Positions 59,031 through 64,000 of a stretch of DNA of 64,000 nt are shown here, piece by piece. Location of the stretch: contig VBDX01000128.1 in NCBI GenBank assembly GCA_005881885.1, positions 27,809 through 91,808 on the forward strand, read 5' to 3'. Source of the stretch: Chloroflexota bacterium (GTDB lineage Bacteria; Chloroflexota; Limnocylindria; P2-11E). Each line of letters opens with the position of its first letter. Positions within the stretch are counted from its first letter, which is position 1. Below the pieces are notes generated by a model. It was given only the letters and a program-made list of their open reading frames with translations. It made no database searches and was not told the origin of the DNA. Made by a program: the position numbers and the translations under genes.

Positions 59031-60820
59031 GTCTCGTCCCCGATCCGCAGCACCGCGAGAAAGGCCTCCTGGGGGATCTCGACGGACCCCACCATCTTCA
59101 TCCGCTTCTTGCCTTCTTTTTGCTTTTCGAGGAGCTTGCGCTTGCGTGTGATGTCGCCGCCGTAGCACTTCGCGAGCACGTCCTTGCGCTTCGCCTTCAC
59201 CGTCTCGCTGGCGATGACCTTGCCGCCGATCGCCGCCTGGATCCGGACGTCGAACATCTGCTTGGGGATGAGTCCCCGCAGCTTGGAGACGAGCACTCGC
59301 CCCGACAGCTGCGCCCGATCCCGATGCGTGATGATCGAGAGCGCGTCGACCAGGCTGCCGGACACGAGGATGTCGAGGCGGACGAGATCCGCGGCACGGT
59401 ACTCGGCGAACTCGTAGTCGAGCGACGCGTAGCCCTGCGATCGGGACTTCAACTGGTCGTAGAAGTCGACGATCAATTCCGAGAGCGGCATCTCGTATTT
59501 GAGCATCGCCCGCGTCGGATCGACATAGCTCATGTCCAGAAGCGAGGCGCGCTTGTTCTGCGCGACTTCCATGACCGGACCGACGTGCGTCGTCGGGACA
59601 ATGATCGTCACTTTCATCCACGGCTCGCGGATCTCAACGATCGTGCCCGGATCCGGCAACAGCGCGGGGTTGTCGATCGCGACCTCGGCGCCTTTCTGGG
59701 TGATCACGCGGTACTCCACGGACGGCGACGTCGCGATGAGTCCCACGTCGTACTCGCGCTCGAGTCGCTCCTGGACGATCTCGAGATGCAGCAGGCCGAG
59801 GAAACCGGCACGGAAACCGAAGCCCAAAGCCTGCGAGGTCTCGGGCTCGTAGAGGAGCGAGGCGTCGTTGAGCCGGAGCTTCTCGAGCGCGTCCTTGAGC
59901 TCCGGATAGTCCTCGGCGTTCGAAGGATAGAAGCCCGCGAAGACCATCGGCTTCGCCGGACGGTAGCCCGGCAGCGGCTCCGCGGCGGGTCGCGACGCGA
60001 GCGTGAGCGTATCTCCGACGCGGCAATCGGCCACCGCTTTCAGCCCGGTCGCGACGTAACCCACCTCGCCGGTGACGAGACGCTCGATCGGGCGCGCGTC
60101 CGGAACGAATACGCCGAGCTCCAGCAAGTCGCTCTCACGCTCCGTGGCCATCAGGCGGATCCGGTCGCCTGCGGCGAGCGCGCCGTCCACCACGCGGATG
60201 TGCGCGACGACGCCTTTGTACGCGTCGTAGTGCGAGTCGAAGATGAGCGCGCGCAGCGGGGCGTCCGGATCCCCCGTCGGCGCGGGGACGCGCTCGACGA
60301 TCGCGTCGAGGAGCTCCTCCACGCCCGCGCCGGTCTTCCCCGAGGCGAGCAGGATCTCGTCCTCGCGGAAGCCGAGCGTCGTGCGGAGCTCCTCGCGCAC
60401 GACGTCGAGGTCGATGTTCGGAAGGTCGATCTTATTGATGACGGGTATGACCTCGAGGCCCTGCTCCACGGCGAGATATGCGTTCGCGAGCGTCTGGGCC
60501 TCGATCCCCTGCGACGCGTCGACGAGCAGCACTGCGCCTTCGCATGCCGCGAGCGAGCGGCTCACCTCGTACGTGAAGTCAACGTGACCCGGCGTGTCGA
60601 TCAGATTGAGCTCGTGATCTCGCCAGGCCATCCGGACCGCACGCGCCTTGATCGTGATCCCGTGCTCGCGCTCCAGCTCCATCGAGTCGAGGAGCTGCTC
60701 GCGCATCTCCCGGAGCGGCACGGTGCCGGTCGTTTCGAGAAGCCGGTCGGAGAGCGTCGTCTTGCCGTGATCGACATGCGCGATCACGCAGAAGTTGCGG
60801 ATGCGCACGAGGTCGGCCAT
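59027..60820 (-). CDS. lepA: Elongation factor 4
   Basis: [43 protein letters not shown]. Confidence 0.98.
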   Translation of the reverse strand: MADLVRIRNFCVIAHVDHGKTTLSDRLLETTGTVPLREMREQLLDSMELEREHGITIKARAVRMAWRDHELNLIDTPGHVDFTYEVSRSLAACEGAVLLVDASQGIEAQTLANAYLAVEQGLEVIPVINKIDLPNIDLDVVREELRTTLGFREDEILLASGKTGAGVEELLDAIVERVPAPTGDPDAPLRALIFDSHYDAYKGVVAHIRVVDGALAAGDRIRLMATERESDLLELGVFVPDARPIERLVTGEVGYVATGLKAVADCRVGDTLTLASRPAAEPLPGYRPAKPMVFAGFYPSNAEDYPELKDALEKLRLNDASLLYEPETSQALGFGFRAGFLGLLHLEIVQERLEREYDVGLIATSPSVEYRVITQKGAEVAIDNPALLPDPGTIVEIREPWMKVTIIVPTTHVGPVMEVAQNKRASLLDMSYVDPTRAMLKYEMPLSELIVDFYDQLKSRSQGYASLDYEFAEYRAADLVRLDILVSGSLVDALSIITHRDRAQLSGRVLVSKLRGLIPKQMFDVRIQAAIGGKVIASETVKAKRKDVLAKCYGGDITRKRKLLEKQKEGKKRMKMVGSVEIPQEAFLAVLRIGDET

Positions 60821-60901
60821 GGCAAGACAGGCTAGGGCGTTAACCTACCGGCCATCTCACGCTCCCCGGTCGGAGGACGGTCGGACTTCGCAGTCTCGGC
60901 G

Positions 60902-61594
60902 ATGGTCTGGCTCATCCTCGTCGGCTTCCTCGTCATCGTCGACCTCTTCATCACGTTCGTCGGCGCGGGGCTCGAGAGCGACCCACGCGCCCAGCTCTTC
61001 TCGCCGCCCGCGATCCTGATCGTCGGCCTCGCGGGTCTGGCCGGCGTCTGGCTCTCGCATCGCACCGGGTTCCCGGCGGCGTGGGCCCCGTCCGCGCCCG
61101 CGCGCTGGCGCTTCGTTTATCCAAGCCTCATCGGGATCGCGATCGGCGTCTTCCTCTCGGTCGCCGACATCTTCCTGCACTGGACCGCGACGTTCTCGAG
61201 TCCCGGTGGAGTCCCGTTCAACGCGCCGTTCCCCGGGTCGCTGCTCTTCTATCCCGGCGGCGCGATCATCGTCGAGGTCTTCTACCGGCTCATCCCGATC
61301 CCGCTCGTGATGTACCTGATCTCGAACCTCGCCCTTCGCGGCCGGTTGCAGGAGCAGGTCTTCTGGGCGCTGGCGGCGCTGACGTCGCTCATCGAACCCA
61401 TATCCCAGGACCTGCCCGACCTTCGAGTCGGGACCGAGCTCGCGGTCGGATTGAACTTCGCCGGCGATTACGTGATGAACCTCGCCCAGGCGATCATGTT
61501 CCGCCGCTACGGCTTCCTCACGTCGATCATCCTTCGCGTCGCGATGTACCTGGTCTGGCACGTCGCGTACGGCAACTTCATCTGCCGCTGCTGA
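60902..61594 (+). CDS. CPBP-like multi-TM membrane protein
   Basis: GGAIIVEVFYRL (degenerate EExxxR), RRYGF...YLVWH. Confidence 0.65.
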   Translation: MVWLILVGFLVIVDLFITFVGAGLESDPRAQLFSPPAILIVGLAGLAGVWLSHRTGFPAAWAPSAPARWRFVYPSLIGIAIGVFLSVADIFLHWTATFSSPGGVPFNAPFPGSLLFYPGGAIIVEVFYRLIPIPLVMYLISNLALRGRLQEQVFWALAALTSLIEPISQDLPDLRVGTELAVGLNFAGDYVMNLAQAIMFRRYGFLTSIILRVAMYLVWHVAYGNFICRC

Positions 61595-61598
61595 TCGG

Positions 61599-63173
61599 TC
61601 ATCCCGGAGCGGCAGCGGGTCCTGGGCGGAGTCGCGTCTTCACGACGGCGATGATTTCGCCGAGCTCGCTTATCTTCAGAAAATACGCGGCACCGAGGTA
61701 AACCATCCCGCCGACCGTCGCCGCCAGCAGCGTCTGAAGGAACAGCACCGGTTTGGACGGATCGACGAGGAGATCGAACGGCAGGTTCGTCAGGCGTATG
61801 AAGCCAAACATCGCGATGCCCATCAGGAGGCTCGCGGACACCTGCTTGAGGCTCGACACGCCGAGTCCGACCAGACGCAGCCGCGCTCTCGTCGCGAGGA
61901 GCATGAGGAGGAGAGCGGCCTCGACGAGCGTCGCGATCGAGTTCGCGAGCGCCAGGCCGTTGATGCCCAGTGGTTGTGCGAGGAGGAGGTCCAGCACCAC
62001 GTTCAGCCCGATCGAGACGAGCGTCAGCGCGAGCGGCGTCGTGGTGTCGCGCGCCGCGAAATAGGCACGGGCGAGGATCTGGATCAGCGCATGCCCGGCG
62101 AGGCCGAGCGAATAGAAGAGGAACGCGGCCTGCGTGAGCTCGCGCTCGCCCGGCCCGAAATTCCCGTACTGGAAGAGCAGGTTCACGATCGGACGGCGGA
62201 GGACGATCATCAAGATGGCCGTCGGCAAGGTGAGGAACAGGATCCAGCGGATCCCCTGCTGGACGGCATCGCGCATCCGGTTCACCTGGCCGAGCGAGGC
62301 GAAGTGCGAGAGCGTTGGGAAGATCGCAGCGCTGATCGCGATCGAGAAGACGCCGAGCGGCAGCATCAAGAGCTGGAAGGCGTAGTTCAGCGCGACGAGG
62401 GAGCCGGTCGGCATGCCCGACGCCAGGAACGTGTCGACGAAGAAGACAATCTGCACCGCGCCGAGCGCGAGGGTCCGCGGGCCCGCGAGGCGAAGTACGT
62501 CGCGCACGCCGGGATGCGCGAGATCCAGCGAGGCTGAGTACCGCGTTCGGCGGAACGTGAGCTCCGGAAGCTGGACCAGCCACATGACGAGCGCCCCGAC
62601 CACGACTCCGAGGGCCGCCGCGTGAATGCCGAGGAAAGGCCAGCCAAAGAGCGTGAAGAGGATGATCACGAGGTTGTAGACAATCGGCGCCGTCGCACCC
62701 GATAGGAACTGGCGATACGAGTTGAGGATGCCGGTCGTCAATGAGCTGAGACCCATGAAGATCGGCGAGAGCAGCATCAGCCGAGTGAGATCGACCGTGA
62801 GGGCGATCTGGCGAGGATCGTTGAACCGCGTGACAAAGGTCGGAACGACGATGGGAGCGAGCAGCCACATCACGGCCGAGAACGCCACAAGGAGCACCAG
62901 CAGAGCGTTCAGCACGCTCGAAGCGACGTGCCAGGCCTCGGCTTCGCGTTCGCGCGCGAGGTAACCCGTGAAGACCGGTATGAACGCGGACGCGAGCGCG
63001 CCTGCGACGAGGAGCCCGAAGATCGCGTCGGGGATCTTGAACGCGGCTATGAACGCATCGAGGTCGGGCGAGCCGCCGAACGTCGCACCGAGCACCGATA
63101 GCCGCAGCCAGCCGAGGACGCGGCTCGCGACGAGCGTCCCGATCATGATCGCGGACGCGCGCGCTACCGACAT
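61599..63173 (-). CDS. murJ: Lipid II flippase MurJ
   Basis: SRVLG.LR, DAF.AAF.IPD, GALASAFIPVF, LPLG.F..AI..A.FP, DT.TP. Confidence 0.95.
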   Translation of the reverse strand: MSVARASAIMIGTLVASRVLGWLRLSVLGATFGGSPDLDAFIAAFKIPDAIFGLLVAGALASAFIPVFTGYLAREREAEAWHVASSVLNALLVLLVAFSAVMWLLAPIVVPTFVTRFNDPRQIALTVDLTRLMLLSPIFMGLSSLTTGILNSYRQFLSGATAPIVYNLVIILFTLFGWPFLGIHAAALGVVVGALVMWLVQLPELTFRRTRYSASLDLAHPGVRDVLRLAGPRTLALGAVQIVFFVDTFLASGMPTGSLVALNYAFQLLMLPLGVFSIAISAAIFPTLSHFASLGQVNRMRDAVQQGIRWILFLTLPTAILMIVLRRPIVNLLFQYGNFGPGERELTQAAFLFYSLGLAGHALIQILARAYFAARDTTTPLALTLVSIGLNVVLDLLLAQPLGINGLALANSIATLVEAALLLMLLATRARLRLVGLGVSSLKQVSASLLMGIAMFGFIRLTNLPFDLLVDPSKPVLFLQTLLAATVGGMVYLGAAYFLKISELGEIIAVVKTRLRPGPAAAPG

Positions 63174-63217
63174 CGGCACCGCCTTGATATTGAGGCATCC
63201 GCTATCGTGCGCAGCCG

Positions 63218-63496
63218 ATGGCAACAAAGAAACGCAAGCGCTCGGCCCTCAAGCGCATCCGGCAGACGCAGCGCCGCACCACCGTCAAGACGATCGGCCG
63301 CTCCGCGGCGCGGACGGCGGTGCGCACGGCACGCGAGGCCATCGCGAAGGGCGGCGAAGCGGCTGCCGACGTGATCGCGGCGGCCGCCAGCGCGCTCGAC
63401 CGCGCGGCCAAGCGCGGCGCGATCCACAAGAACAGCGCGCGTCGCCGACGGAGTCGCATCGCGAAGGCCAGCTCTAAGGCGAAGAAGAAGACCTAG
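63218..63496 (+). CDS. rpsT: 30S ribosomal protein S20
   Basis: SA.KR.RQ..RR, LDRAAK.G.IHKN.A.R..SR. Confidence 0.95.
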   Translation: MATKKRKRSALKRIRQTQRRTTVKTIGRSAARTAVRTAREAIAKGGEAAADVIAAAASALDRAAKRGAIHKNSARRRRSRIAKASSKAKKKT

Positions 63497-63502
63497 ACGC
63501 TC

Positions 63503-63684
63503 GCGATAGCGACCTGCGGGTCCTGTCCCGGCTCGGGTAGGTCTCTCGCTCGCGCACCCTCCCCGCCGGCCGCGTCATTCGCTTCGCTCATGCCGCGGGG
63601 GCGGGTCCCCGGGGCACCCGCGCATCGCGAGAGACCTACTCCTCGCCGTGCCACCCGCAGGCGCGTGCGCCGCTCGTCTATCGC
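63503..63684. repeat. About 180-nt nested inverted-repeat element
   Basis: GCGATAG/CTATCGC, CCTGCGGGT/ACCCGCAGG and GTAGGTCTCTCGC/GCGAGAGACCTAC nested arms; central TCGCTTCGCTC. Confidence 0.65.
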
Positions 63685-63999
63685 TCAGATGGGGACGAAG
63701 TAGGTCTCGCAGGCGAGCTCGACGAGCTCGGGTGTGAGCTCCGCCGGCTTCAGCAGGAAGCGCGCTGCCGCGGAGAGGTGCTGCATCAGGTCCCTCGGGT
63801 GGCACGAGCGGAGCGGGATGTTGCGCTCGCGGCAGTACGCCGCGATCCAATCCGCGGCCTTCGGGTAGAAAGTGATCTTCTGCTTCTCGCAGACGCGGCG
63901 CAGGATCTCGGAGAACTCCTGGTACGTGGGCGGCTTGATCTCGATCTTGTATTGGATGCGCCGCAGGAACGCCTCGTCGACGAGGGATGAGGGCGTACG
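63685..63999 (-). CDS. AAA-type ATPase, C-terminal fragment (start outside the window)
   Basis: Manual translation LVDEAFLRRIQYKI...RSCHPRDL...ACETYFVPI*; not in the ORF track. Confidence 0.75.
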   Translation of the reverse strand, partial: RTPSSLVDEAFLRRIQYKIEIKPPTYQEFSEILRRVCEKQKITFYPKAADWIAAYCRERNIPLRSCHPRDLMQHLSAAARFLLKPAELTPELVELACETYFVPI

Positions 64000-64000
64000 G

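Noticed and set aside
1016-60835. Many long antisense or alternative-frame ORFs (e.g. 1016-2287, 35739-37514, 50559-52175, 59120-60835)
   Set aside because: Shadow ORFs expected from high-GC codon bias opposite real genes; no recognisable motifs
1-64000. Prophage, IS element, integron, tRNA or rRNA
   Set aside because: No integrase, transposase, phage structural gene or RNA-gene signature seen

Overview
High-GC bacterial chromosome segment; gene content and frequent leaderless starts suggest Chloroflexota (inference). The backbone is the conserved cluster rpsT / murJ-lepA-hemW-hrcA(CIRCE)-grpE-dnaK-dnaJ-prmA-rsmE-hit-rpsU-yqeY-phoH-HD(pgpH-like)-ybeY, plus pth-mfd. It is interrupted by accessory blocks: glnA and amtB; a TPP-riboswitch thiN-ykoFEDC thiamine operon; three type II toxin-antitoxin loci; a HicB/DinB protein; a Fic protein; a Liv-type ABC/acyl-CoA ligase operon; and many lipoproteins and small proteins. 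Best candidate for an undescribed system: a nitrogen regulon made of a histidine kinase with a PtsP(EI-Ntr)-like GAF domain, an OmpR-type regulator, a shared 11-bp-period direct-repeat box upstream of both glnA and amtB, and small ORFs right after both genes (no glnK in the window). Other notable signals: several conserved genes that appear to need near-cognate start codons (CTG, ATC, ACG, ATA); a bL37-like ribosomal peptide; a deoxyribosyltransferase-sigma4 HTH fusion; a 26-aa peptide in front of a CPBP-like protease; and palindromic repeats inside coding regions. No rRNA, tRNA, CRISPR, integrase or transposase was seen. All calls come from reading the sequence by eye; no database searches were run.
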